From the IMG/VR virus record IMGVR_UViG_3300033402_000312: a stretch of DNA of 64,000 nt, one strand, 5' to 3'. Positions 1-8,340 of the stretch are shown piece after piece; positions within the stretch are counted from its first letter, which is position 1; every line of letters starts with the position of its first letter. The position numbers and the translations under genes are program-made. The notes under the pieces are model-generated. The model ran no database searches. It saw nothing but the letters and a program-made list of their open reading frames with translations, and was not told the origin of the DNA. The DNA comes from a virus.

Positions 1-129
1 GCACCACACCGTGGGGTCGCCGACAATCGAGGGTGCCAGAGAACAGTTGGCTGAGATACGCACCCGGATTATCGTTCCCGACTCAAACGTCTGCGACCGA
101 CCACTCCCGGTGGCAGAGGCAGTCAGCGT

Positions 130-612
130 ATGGGTGCTTCCCAACTGGCTGCGAAACAAACAAACTATCGGCGACGTCTTGCCGTGAGGTCAGCAGGGGT
201 GCGTATGGCCAGATCACCGCTGGAAAAAGTTGACGCAGTAATGAGGGACTGTCTTTTCAAAGAAGAAGAAGTGCCCGACCGCAAACCGCCCGCTGATGCT
301 GTGATTGTCGAGGGCATCATGCAGAAATTCGCCTTGCACAAGATGCGGCTGGAAGGTCACCGCCAAGACGTGATCGACATGATCGGCGAGCTTCCCAAGG
401 AGTTCCTCACCGGCGAGGGCAACGGCGGAGGCTGGAGCTTCCTCAACCTGTGCATGGACAAAAGAGGGAGCCAGTGGGGGGAGCATCCCACGATGGAAGC
501 GTTGTGCGTGCTCGCAATCGGACTTGGCATGGGGAAATGGTGCTTGCCAAGAGAAATGTGGAGCGTCTTGCCGGGTTCGATGCCCTACGTCCAATTCACG
601 GTGCCGGAGTAG
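130..612 (+). CDS. hypothetical protein; true start may be the internal Met near 205
   Basis: ORF with mixed amino-acid composition. No recognisable motif. Start uncertain. Confidence 0.3.
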   Translation: MGASQLAAKQTNYRRRLAVRSAGVRMARSPLEKVDAVMRDCLFKEEEVPDRKPPADAVIVEGIMQKFALHKMRLEGHRQDVIDMIGELPKEFLTGEGNGGGWSFLNLCMDKRGSQWGEHPTMEALCVLAIGLGMGKWCLPREMWSVLPGSMPYVQFTVPE

Positions 613-651
613 AAGTGTTGCAGCAAAGGAAGAAATTCACAGGAGAGATCA

Positions 652-891
652 ATGATCACGATCCTCAAGACGGTTTTAACTATCTTGCTTGTGGTGGCAA
701 TGATTTTTACATTTAGCCTATTGATAGGCTTCCCAGTCAAGTGGCTTGTCAATGGCCTGTTTACCGATCAAGTCCGGCTTGCGCTGTTCGGAGTCGCCCG
801 GATTGGGTTCTGGCGGGCAGTCGGTTTGAGTTTCTTGTGCGGAATCCTATTCAAGAGTTCGGGTTCAACCTCATCTTCTTCATCCTCGTAG
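652..891 (+). CDS. small membrane protein
   Basis: AGGAGA lies 6 nt upstream of the ATG. Two hydrophobic helices (LTILLVVAMIFTFSLLIGF, FGVARIGFWRAVGLSFLCGILF). Confidence 0.5.
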   Translation: MITILKTVLTILLVVAMIFTFSLLIGFPVKWLVNGLFTDQVRLALFGVARIGFWRAVGLSFLCGILFKSSGSTSSSSSS

Positions 892-899
892 GAATACTG

Positions 900-1298
900 A
901 TGCCGACAATCGACATCGTCGTTCGACGAAGGTCTAACGACTACCAAGCGTTCCTCGCAGACAACGAGGGCGTTTGGGACTGCGGTCGCACGCCCGCCGA
1001 GGCTGTCGGCAAGCTGATCTATTCGGCTCGGACTGTCTTGGCGATCTCCATCGTCGAGGAGAAACGGGAAGAGGCTCCCTGCCCCAAGCGCACAAAGCGC
1101 CTCAGCAAGAAGGCGCTTGACAATGCCGTCCGCACCCTGTGCATGTCAGACTACAGGAAAATAGACGCGATCAAGCTCGTCCGCGAGAACCGCAGCTTCG
1201 GCTTGCGCAAAGCCGTGCAATACGTTGACAAAGTAATAGCGACGGAAGGCTTGTTCAAGTCATCCAAACATATAGGAAGCTGCCATGAACGACATTAG
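900..1298 (+). CDS. hypothetical protein with ribosomal L7/L12 C-terminal-like segment
   Basis: Internal Met at 900 follows the end of the previous gene. KIDAIKLVRENRSFGLRKAVQYVDKV resembles the L7/L12 CTD (KIAVIKxVRxxTGLGLKEAKDLVE). Confidence 0.45.
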   Translation: MPTIDIVVRRRSNDYQAFLADNEGVWDCGRTPAEAVGKLIYSARTVLAISIVEEKREEAPCPKRTKRLSKKALDNAVRTLCMSDYRKIDAIKLVRENRSFGLRKAVQYVDKVIATEGLFKSSKHIGSCHERH

Positions 1299-1587
1299 GC
1301 TTGCCAACACGGAAGAGCGGAGTGAGCAAAGCCAAGGCAGGTTCTGGCTCCCGGCGTTGGAAGACCGCCAGACGCTTCGCCCCGGCGACTACGCCAAGAT
1401 CATATTTGAGACGGCAATCATCAGCGGGGAACGCATGTGGGTTGAGGTCGTGACCAAGACACCCGAGGGGCGCTACCTTGGCATACTGGACAACATCCCC
1501 GTCGTGGTGCTCGCTGTGAAGCGCGGCGACATGATCGAGTTCGGTCCGGAGAACGTCTGTGAAATCTTGAGGAGAGGTCAATGCTGA
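1285..1587 (+). CDS. hypothetical protein
   Basis: ORF overlaps its neighbours by a few nt. Amino-acid composition is coding-like. Confidence 0.5.
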   Translation: MNDIRLANTEERSEQSQGRFWLPALEDRQTLRPGDYAKIIFETAIISGERMWVEVVTKTPEGRYLGILDNIPVVVLAVKRGDMIEFGPENVCEILRRGQC

Positions 1588-2192
1588 TTCTGCTTTTGCT
1601 GGCTTGGAACTTCGGCATCTCATGGCTCAACTGCTGGTTCGTCGGCAAGACTTGGGCTGAGTCCAAGGTCATCGGGGGCTGGGTCCGCTTCGTGATGTGG
1701 AGCGCCGCCGTGATGGGCGCATGCGGCTTTGTCTGGTGCAACCTTCTGGTGCTGGGCTACATCGCCAGCACGCACGTCGGCATCCTGCCGCTCAAGTACC
1801 AGCTTAACGACACATACCTCGGGCTGCTGTGGAACATGGGCTACGCGCTGGTCATCTTCCCGATATTGGGAAGCGGTCTGGCGATCTGGGCGGACTCGGT
1901 CAAGCAGGCGTACAGGGACCGCGACGCATTGAGCATCGGCGTCGCCGGGTACAATACCTTTGCGATAGCTTACGACACCTACGAGGCGGCGAAATTCCTG
2001 CCAAGCGTGTTCAAGAGCATCGGCAAGACCTTGGATGACACAAAAGATACCAAGACGAAGCTGATGCTGCTCGCGGTCTACGTCGTGCTGGCATTGTCCG
2101 TGGGGCTGGGCGTCGCGTTGGCGTACTTCATCATCCACACCACAGCGGTGCGGGTGGCGCAGCAAGCCAAGATCGGGGCGCTTAAGGCATAA
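1581..2192 (+). CDS. integral membrane protein
   Basis: Several long hydrophobic segments across 203 aa. Overlaps the previous gene (ATGCTGA). Confidence 0.55.
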   Translation: MLILLLLAWNFGISWLNCWFVGKTWAESKVIGGWVRFVMWSAAVMGACGFVWCNLLVLGYIASTHVGILPLKYQLNDTYLGLLWNMGYALVIFPILGSGLAIWADSVKQAYRDRDALSIGVAGYNTFAIAYDTYEAAKFLPSVFKSIGKTLDDTKDTKTKLMLLAVYVVLALSVGLGVALAYFIIHTTAVRVAQQAKIGALKA

Positions 2193-2215
2193 GCTGCTGA
2201 GCGGAGGGGGAAACC

Positions 2216-2527
2216 ATGAGATTCATCATAATTCTCGGCATTGCAGGGGCGTTCATCGCATCCGTGGCAGCCTTGCTCGGGGCCGCGAAATTGCCGGTGA
2301 GAGTCCGTGTGGGAAAGGCTAAGTTCGTGTTTTGGCAGACCATCGCCGCGCTGGCAGGGCTTGCCTTGAGTCTTAGCCCGAGTGTGGGGCTGTGGCTCTT
2401 CCTCGCGCCGCATGGGTTTTTTCAGCGTTTGTTGACGCTGGGCTGCTGCACCGTGCTGCTCATCCCGCTTAGTGTCGCTGGGTTCTTCCTTTACGCTACG
2501 ATCAGCAAGAAGACGACTGGGTTCTGA
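2216..2527 (+). CDS. membrane protein
   Basis: GGAGGG lies upstream. Three hydrophobic helices. Confidence 0.55.
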   Translation: MRFIIILGIAGAFIASVAALLGAAKLPVRVRVGKAKFVFWQTIAALAGLALSLSPSVGLWLFLAPHGFFQRLLTLGCCTVLLIPLSVAGFFLYATISKKTTGF

Positions 2528-2670
2528 TGATCAGCGAAAAAGATAAAGCTCTCCGAAAAAGCCTCATCAGGCAAAAGGTGGAGGCAAGAAAAGACAAGGA
2601 ATGGAAAGATGATGGGAAAAGACGAGAGGCGGATGAGTCAGATCACGGCGTTGTGGGGACGGGTGAAGGC
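2527..2670 (+). CDS. small basic protein (47 aa), tentative
   Basis: ATGA overlap with the previous stop. Lys/Arg/Glu-rich. Below the ORF-track size cutoff. Confidence 0.25.
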
Positions 2671-2764
2671 TAGGTTTGCCCTGAAGCGAATTCTGATTCG
2701 AGTGCTAATCAGCACGCTGGTAGCTGCCATCATACTCGTCATCGCCTTTTTTGGTGAAAAATGA
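2634..2764 (+). CDS. small membrane protein (43 aa), tentative
   Basis: The stop overlaps the next ATG (ATGA). Single TM helix (ILIRVLISTLVAAIILVIAFF). Confidence 0.25.
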
Positions 2765-3315
2765 AAAAGCAAACCGACAAGTTCGAAGGCATGCGCATCT
2801 ACGTGGTCGTGCCGGGAACGGTGCAGACCCCGATCAAGGTGGCCTACACGCCAAAGGAAAGCAGCATCTATTCCTTCGGGCGCTTCGATGACACCCGCGA
2901 CATCGTGCAGCCAGCCGGGCGGCAGGCGATGCAGGTCGGGCATGTGCGCGGCATGGTGGAGCACGAGCTTATCATGCAGGACTTGGTCAAGCTCATGGCG
3001 ATGAAGGTGCGTGTGGATAAGACCAGCGGCGTCGCCCAGACCGTTCCCAAGAAGAACCTGCGCAGCTTGCTCCCGTACCACGCCATCACGGGCATCGTGA
3101 AGTCGTGCCGCGACAGCTTCGAGCTTCTCCACGTCAAGAGCCTGCTGAAGAAGGCGAACATCCGGTACTTCGAGTTCCACGACACCCAGGAAACCCTGTA
3201 TGAGGACGTGGTGACTGCGCTCGCAACCGAGCCTGTGACCCCATTCGCAGTCGCCGGAATCCTCGACTACCTGCCCTTATGGGGAGCCGAATTCCCGATT
3301 GGGGGCAAGCAATGA
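2761..3315 (+). CDS. hypothetical protein, possibly PTH2-like peptidyl-tRNA hydrolase fold
   Basis: MRIYVVV...GRQAMQVGHV resembles the PTH2 core (MVLVVR...GKVAAQCSHA). The product call is weak; the ORF itself is solid. Confidence 0.55.
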   Translation: MKKQTDKFEGMRIYVVVPGTVQTPIKVAYTPKESSIYSFGRFDDTRDIVQPAGRQAMQVGHVRGMVEHELIMQDLVKLMAMKVRVDKTSGVAQTVPKKNLRSLLPYHAITGIVKSCRDSFELLHVKSLLKKANIRYFEFHDTQETLYEDVVTALATEPVTPFAVAGILDYLPLWGAEFPIGGKQ

Positions 3316-3690
3316 AAAAGGTGAAGAACACAACGCCAAGCGCGGACGTGTTCGGGCTTGTCGGGATGCTCAGGCCGGGAGCCGTGGAGCGACAGAAGCC
3401 GAAGGTCAAAAGTCCTTCGTCGCCAGCGACACGCTCCCGGTAAAGGGCGATCACGAATTCAAGGACGTCCTTGAGTCACTCGGCTTCAAGTTTTTCGGAC
3501 CCGTGGAGGACGACCCGCTCTTTCAATACGTGCAGCTTCCGACCACTCGATGTGGTCCTCCATCGTGGACGACAAGGGCAAGGAGATGGTCTCCATTTTC
3601 TACAAGGCGGCGTTCTACGACCGCGACGCCTTTTACATCGTGGACCGCGATGTCACGCTCAGCTTTCGCAAGACCAGTCGGTTGACTTAG
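3312..3690 (+). pseudogene. disrupted or frameshifted gene: three consecutive reading frames each carry a protein-like segment
   Basis: Frame 0 gives MKKVKNTTPSADVFGLVGMLRPG... (stop at 3441). Frame 2 gives ...DTLPVKGDHEFKDVLESLGFKFFGPVEDDPLFQYVQLPTT and then turns into Arg/Ser/Thr-rich junk. Frame 1 from about 3550 gives MWSSIVDDKGKEMVSIFYKAAFYDRDAFYIVDRDVTLSFRKTSRLT (stop at 3690). Confidence 0.35.
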
Positions 3691-3762
3691 ACTCCCCGTC
3701 ACGAGGTTGTTTTGGCTGGTAAATAGCTGATAAACAAGCACTTGTGACTGGACGTTTTCCGA

Positions 3763-3794
3763 CCCCCGGCTGTATACTATGGCTGGAGGGAACG
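3763..3794 (+). promoter_or_regulatory. conserved promoter/RBS cassette: CCCCC-G-(2-3 nt)-TGTATACT-(6 nt)-GGAGGG-AACG-ATG
   Basis: Extended -10 TGTATACT at 3771-3778. GGAGGG at 3785-3790. ATG at 3795. Near-identical cassette with the same spacing at 10453-10485. Confidence 0.55.
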
Positions 3795-4058
3795 ATGCCA
3801 AACGACAAGCTAGTTCTTCGAGTCTTCATCCCCGAGGATCGCCGCCTGCCAGACAACGCGCAGTACATCCACCGCTTTCAGATCAAGTCCGAGTCCTCCG
3901 AAAGGCTCTATACCATCGCGCAAAGCCGCAGCGGCGGGTGGTGGTCTTGCGGCTGCCCCGGCTGGATTCGCCACAAGAACTGCAAGCACCTTCGCGCCCT
4001 CGGTCTGCCCGGACAACACCAGCCGTTCGAAGCAACGCTACCTGCGGGGAGCAAGTAA
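3795..4058 (+). CDS. SWIM zinc-finger protein
   Basis: CGCPGWIRHKNCKH matches the SWIM CxCx(n)CxH pattern. Strong RBS GGAGGG precedes the start. Confidence 0.6.
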   Translation: MPNDKLVLRVFIPEDRRLPDNAQYIHRFQIKSESSERLYTIAQSRSGGWWSCGCPGWIRHKNCKHLRALGLPGQHQPFEATLPAGSK

Positions 4059-4310
4059 ATGCCGACACCCAACCCCACTGTTGAGCCGGATTATGTGGTT
4101 GCCGTCAGCAGCGACAACAAGGCTTTGCTCGCCCTGGATTCTTATTTGCGGAAGCAGTTCAAGATGCGCACGGAAATTCATCCTTGCGAACAAGGCTTCT
4201 TTTTGCTTTATCGCCCGCTCAGCGAAATCAACCGGGAGACATTGGCTGTCTTAATCTCCCGTTGCGATGGGTTTCTTGCCGGATTGTCGGCAAAGGAAGG
4301 TGCTCTGTGA
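4059..4310 (+). CDS. hypothetical protein
   Basis: ORF directly follows the previous stop. Coding-like composition. Confidence 0.5.
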   Translation: MPTPNPTVEPDYVVAVSSDNKALLALDSYLRKQFKMRTEIHPCEQGFFLLYRPLSEINRETLAVLISRCDGFLAGLSAKEGAL

Positions 4311-4738
4311 GCCGCCGCGCAGCAACATCGAACTTCGGTCGCAAACCCGGCTACTTTGAAAGGTTGAAGGCGGGCACGTCGCATCCGGTCTACGACCCGG
4401 ACACGGAAGGCTACGGCAACGTGACGGAATGGGTCTCGACGTTCAACGTGCGCATGGGCTTCGAGGAAGCGCAGAACCACAAGGCTTCGGGCACCAAGCG
4501 CCGTGAATGGAAATCCGATTGGGCGGTTCTCGGCGAGATCGCAGGAGTCCACCTTGACGAAAATTCCATGTGGGACGAGATCAAGAAGGCGTTCCGCAAG
4601 GCTGCGATGAACTGCCACCCCGACCGCGTGACGTCGCACGGCATGTCGAAGGAGCAGGCGGAAGAGACGTTCAAGGATGCCAGCGCCGCCTATGCGATGC
4701 TGGAAGACGTCTACAACGTGCAGGGGAGGCTCAAATAA
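4307..4738 (+). CDS. J-domain (DnaJ-like) protein
   Basis: Probable GTG start overlaps the previous stop (GTGA). IKKAFRKAAMNCHPDR carries the HPD tripeptide within a J-domain helix pattern. Confidence 0.7.
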   Translation: MSRRAATSNFGRKPGYFERLKAGTSHPVYDPDTEGYGNVTEWVSTFNVRMGFEEAQNHKASGTKRREWKSDWAVLGEIAGVHLDENSMWDEIKKAFRKAAMNCHPDRVTSHGMSKEQAEETFKDASAAYAMLEDVYNVQGRLK

Positions 4739-4953
4739 TGCGCGAAAGGCGGGACTTGCGCTCGCGGGTGCATGGGAACAGCCGGATGCGGCAAGTCCGG
4801 TCGTCCATGCTTCATGTGCACCATGAGGCTGAGTCCAACGCGACGAAGGGGAAGAAATCGAAGCCGGAATGGGTGCGCGATTGGGAAGCCGTCAAGCGCT
4901 TGAGGGATTTCTGTGAAAGGATGAGGGATTTCTGTGAAAGGATGGGGCACTAA
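4738..4953 (+). CDS. small hypothetical protein with tandem heptad RDFCERM x2
   Basis: TAATG overlap with the J-domain gene. The C-terminus is encoded by the 21-bp tandem repeat at 4901-4942. Confidence 0.4.
   Translation: MRERRDLRSRVHGNSRMRQVRSSMLHVHHEAESNATKGKKSKPEWVRDWEAVKRLRDFCERMRDFCERMGH
4901..4942 (+). repeat. 21-bp perfect tandem direct repeat x2 (tgagggatttctgtgaaagga)
   Basis: Read directly: 4901-4921 is identical to 4922-4942. Confidence 0.9.
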
Positions 4954-4978
4954 CCATATGCGGAGTGAAGGAGGAACC

Positions 4979-5254
4979 ATGAAAGCCCTAACGATCAACA
5001 CGGCTCGGACATTTCTGAGCAACTACAGACAGATCAGGGACCCGCACAGCTTGTCCTACAACGACAATTACTGCGGCGCATGGCTGAACGACCAAACCAG
5101 ATCGCCAAGGCATGGGCGGCGCTCCTCGGCTGCGAGGACAAGAAGCGCAGGCGGAAAGCGTAAGAAGGGACTGGCAGTGATTTGGGTGCTTCTACGAAAT
5201 CACGATAGGCAGGAGATGACATCTCCCCTATCGATGATTGAGGGCTGGGCGTAG
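4979..5254 (+). CDS. hypothetical protein
   Basis: GGAGGA lies 5 nt upstream of the ATG at 4979. Confidence 0.4.
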   Translation: MKALTINTARTFLSNYRQIRDPHSLSYNDNYCGAWLNDQTRSPRHGRRSSAARTRSAGGKRKKGLAVIWVLLRNHDRQEMTSPLSMIEGWA

Positions 5255-5292
5255 AAGCATCCTAACCACTGCCACACCGGGAGAGAACGGCG

Positions 5293-5595
5293 ATGGAGAC
5301 CGACATGAAGGCGCAGTTCCTGAAAAAGGCGACCGAGGCGTTTGAGGCGGAGAAGAAAGCCGCCGTTGCATGTCAAGAGCACGCGAAATCGTGCTATATC
5401 TGCCGCAGCAAAATCCTGAGCTTCTTCATCCGGTGCTTGACAATGGAGGGCCTCCTCTTTGACCACATAACGGCGAGAACGGATGCTGACCAGTACCGCT
5501 CCGAGATAAACAACCTGCTGCGGGAAGAAACGCCGAGCGTGGACTGGCTGGAAAACCTCTACAGGCTTCCTGACGACCGAGTCGGAAAATGGTGA
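5293..5595 (+). CDS. hypothetical protein
   Basis: ORF with coding-like composition. ATGGTGA overlap with the next gene. Confidence 0.5.
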   Translation: METDMKAQFLKKATEAFEAEKKAAVACQEHAKSCYICRSKILSFFIRCLTMEGLLFDHITARTDADQYRSEINNLLREETPSVDWLENLYRLPDDRVGKW

Positions 5596-6119
5596 CCTCG
5601 GAAAAGAGGCTCCAGCGCTGGCTGCATACGTTCGTCGGGATGATGCGCGGGCGTTGCAATACATGCCTGTCGCAGCGCAAGGACGGCTCGTTCGTCCCGA
5701 AGGTGGACTACAAGAGCCAAGCCACAGCCGCGAAGTCGGCGCTCCGGCTGACTGAAAAGTGGGGGAAGCCGTTCGACGCGTATCGGTGCTTTTTCTGCAA
5801 GGGGTGGCACGTCGGGGGCGCAGCGAACCTCACGTTCGGCAAGTTCGTGAGCATCGCGCTGGTATGGGCCTTCGGCAAGAGGCGGGCAGGAAACAAGTAT
5901 CGCCTGAAGCCGTACAGGAGGATTAAGACCGTGGTGGAATGCCAAAGGTGCCACAAACATACGCTCGCAACGATCATGTCCATGTTCAACACGGAAGAGA
6001 TTTGCATGGAGTGCAAGGAGGCGGAGAAGCAGCGCCCGGACTACGACGCAGCGGTCAAGGCTGACGAAGCCGCCATCCGCTCCGGGGATTTCAATTTCAA
6101 GGGAATTAGTTTAAAATAG
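5589..6119 (+). CDS. Cys-rich putative zinc-binding protein
   Basis: Multiple CxxC pairs (CNTC...CFFC; CQRCHKH...CMEC). Confidence 0.55.
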   Translation: MVTSEKRLQRWLHTFVGMMRGRCNTCLSQRKDGSFVPKVDYKSQATAAKSALRLTEKWGKPFDAYRCFFCKGWHVGGAANLTFGKFVSIALVWAFGKRRAGNKYRLKPYRRIKTVVECQRCHKHTLATIMSMFNTEEICMECKEAEKQRPDYDAAVKADEAAIRSGDFNFKGISLK

Positions 6120-6171
6120 GCAACGGGAACGGCGGCAGACTACCGAGGCTGATAAGGAGAATAGGGCTAAA

Positions 6172-6698
6172 ATGAGCATAATGGGCAAAACCATGCTGAT
6201 TCTTTCGATCATCTTCCTGTCTTTTGGGCCTGGCGCGAAATCGTCGTAAACTACGAGTACGACAACACCATCGACTCCTACTGGTCGCTGAGCGACAAAG
6301 CGTCCACCCTCCAGCAGAAGGCGATCTACCTCGACCAGTACGTCGCCGCGCTTGAGGCGCAGCACCTTGAGGGTACGCACGACGCCGTCTGGCTTCAGAC
6401 GCCGGACAACAGCTTCGACCAGAACATGGTCGCGCTGAAGTCGCTGCAAGGGCGCATGCACCAGATTCAAAGCATGGACGAACAGTCGTTCGCCTACCAG
6501 ACGGCGATACAACAGATCACCGCGCAGGAACAGGGGGAAGCCGCACACCTGACGGACACGTTCGAGGGCTGCTGGTACCTGCGCAACTACTCCGCTCTGT
6601 GGCAATGGCACGACCTCTTGGTCTGGCTTGGCATCGTTGTATGGGTCGTCTTCAGCATCGTGATCATCTGCATCAATTCTGATTCTTCATTTTTTTGA
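6172..6698 (+). CDS. membrane-anchored protein with apparent -1 frameshift near 6222-6246
   Basis: Frame 1 from ATG 6172 gives MSIMGKTMLILSIIFLSFGPG... and stops at 6249. Frame 0 stays open from 6171 to 6698 with coding-like sequence (VNYEYDNTIDSYWSLSDKASTLQQKAIYLDQYV...LGIVVWVVFSIVIICI) and has no start codon before 6426. Confidence 0.35.
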
Positions 6699-6705
6699 AG
6701 GAACC

Positions 6706-7092
6706 ATGATTTTCGTCTTCGGGGCGAACGAAATCGGTCGGCACGGCGGCGGCGCAGCGCGGGTAGCACGCGAGCGGCACGGCGCGGTCTACGGGCAGGG
6801 CTTCGGGCCGCAAGGCAACAGCTTCGGCATCCCGACCTGCGCCAAGCCGACCGGAGAGCCGAACCACGAAATCGCGCTGGACAAGGTCAAGTACTACGTG
6901 GGCTGCTTCATCCTGTACGCCAGGGCGCACCCAGAGCTTGGGTTCCAAGTCACGCAGGTGGGCTGCGGCCTCGCGGGCTGGACGAAGGAGCAGATCGCCC
7001 CGCTCTTTGCGGACGCGCCGGGCAACTGCGAATTTGACACGGCGTGGAAGCCGTTCCTCGGGGAGAACCGGAAGTACTGGGGGCACGCATGA
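6706..7092 (+). CDS. conserved hypothetical protein (FVFGxNxxGxHGxGAA motif, nucleotide-binding-like)
   Basis: N-terminal IFVFGANEIGRHGGGAARVA...GQGFGPQGNSFGIPT. The family could not be named with confidence. Confidence 0.55.
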   Translation: MIFVFGANEIGRHGGGAARVARERHGAVYGQGFGPQGNSFGIPTCAKPTGEPNHEIALDKVKYYVGCFILYARAHPELGFQVTQVGCGLAGWTKEQIAPLFADAPGNCEFDTAWKPFLGENRKYWGHA

Positions 7093-7304
7093 CCAGACTC
7101 GCCGCAGCCTTCGACCTCGGATGGAAAGTCCGCAGGCTGCGCAAGTGGGAAATCCAGAGGTTTTGCAGCGGTCACCACGTCACGGTGGACATGAAGGAGT
7201 CGTGGAGACCGCTCGTCTCCGCCATCCGCCTGTACGCGGAGGGGGAGACAGACGGAATTGACGCACTGTCCGACTTCCTGCGGGAAAGGGGGCTTTGTGA
7301 CTGA
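7089..7304 (+). CDS. hypothetical protein
   Basis: ATGA overlap with the previous stop. Confidence 0.45.
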   Translation: MTRLAAAFDLGWKVRRLRKWEIQRFCSGHHVTVDMKESWRPLVSAIRLYAEGETDGIDALSDFLRERGLCD

Positions 7305-7311
7305 TGCTTCC

Positions 7312-7629
7312 ATGATCGCAACGCTGCTTCCGGTGCAAACGGTTGTCATGCTTTACCTCGCTTTCGCCTTCCTGTGCGCGATACCGTGGATATTCAACTG
7401 GGTTTCGCCCGCGCCCATCACTACCCGGCTTCTTTCTTTGCTTGTATTCCTGATAGTTTTCACCTCGGATGAGTCGCTTCTGTGGACTGTCCACAATAAG
7501 GTGCCCGGATATACCATGGATGTCCTAAGGCTCCTTTTTCCGATGATGCTCTTCTCCGTAATCGGAATAGTCCTCGTCATGAAGTCCTTGGTCAAGATGG
7601 CCAAAAAGAGCATGCCGGAGGGTAAATGA
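7312..7629 (+). CDS. membrane protein
   Basis: Three hydrophobic helices. The start could instead be 7258. Confidence 0.5.
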   Translation: MIATLLPVQTVVMLYLAFAFLCAIPWIFNWVSPAPITTRLLSLLVFLIVFTSDESLLWTVHNKVPGYTMDVLRLLFPMMLFSVIGIVLVMKSLVKMAKKSMPEGK

Positions 7630-7673
7630 AGCATCCGAATGAAATCTTTATAAAAGAGACGGCAAATTGACTG

Positions 7674-8123
7674 ATGAGAGCCGCGATCAACCCCGACTAC
7701 ACGTGGTACAGGCTCGCCCTTTTCAGGTCGAAGATTCACGGTCGCGGCGTGAAAGCGGTCGAGAACATACCGGCCCGAATGCCCGTCATCGAGCACACCG
7801 GGCTGCTGATAAACCGCAGGCGATACCGGAAGCTTGTCCTGAACGACAAAAGCAAGCACCAGCACCAGTACCTGTGGAACATAAACCCGTATTGGAGCAT
7901 GGACGGCGCGGTCGGGGGCAGCGGGGCGGAGTTCGTCAACCATTCCTGCGACCCGAACCTTGTCGCGCACATAATCGGCAAGCGCATCTACTACTACTCG
8001 CGCCGGGCGATCAAAAAGGGCGAGGAACTGACAATCGACTACCGTTTCGATGCCAGCGAAACCCCGGTGCCGTGCCGGTGCGGGTCTGAGAAGTGTCGTG
8101 GTACAATAAACATGAAAGGATGA
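7674..8123 (+). CDS. SET-domain protein (lysine methyltransferase-like)
   Basis: NHSCDPN and ELTIDY signatures, plus a Cys-rich post-SET segment (CRCGSEKCRG). Confidence 0.8.
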   Translation: MRAAINPDYTWYRLALFRSKIHGRGVKAVENIPARMPVIEHTGLLINRRRYRKLVLNDKSKHQHQYLWNINPYWSMDGAVGGSGAEFVNHSCDPNLVAHIIGKRIYYYSRRAIKKGEELTIDYRFDASETPVPCRCGSEKCRGTINMKG

Positions 8124-8124
8124 A

Positions 8125-8340
8125 ATGGCTAGGAAGAAAAAAGCACGGAAGGCACAGATCGGCGATTGCGAGATGATGGTGTTCTGCCCGCAGTCGGAAA
8201 ACCCTCGCGGCGAGCGCGAATGCGGCGATCCGGGCGTGGCTGAGTGCCGGGAATGCGGCTTGCCGTTCTGCGGAGACCCTGACCACGGCAACGAGATCGA
8301 GGAGCTTTGCCGGGATTGCCGAGAGGGGGAGGAACAATGA
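8125..8340 (+). CDS. small Cys-rich protein
   Basis: Nine Cys in 71 aa. Confidence 0.5.
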   Translation: MARKKKARKAQIGDCEMMVFCPQSENPRGERECGDPGVAECRECGLPFCGDPDHGNEIEELCRDCREGEEQ

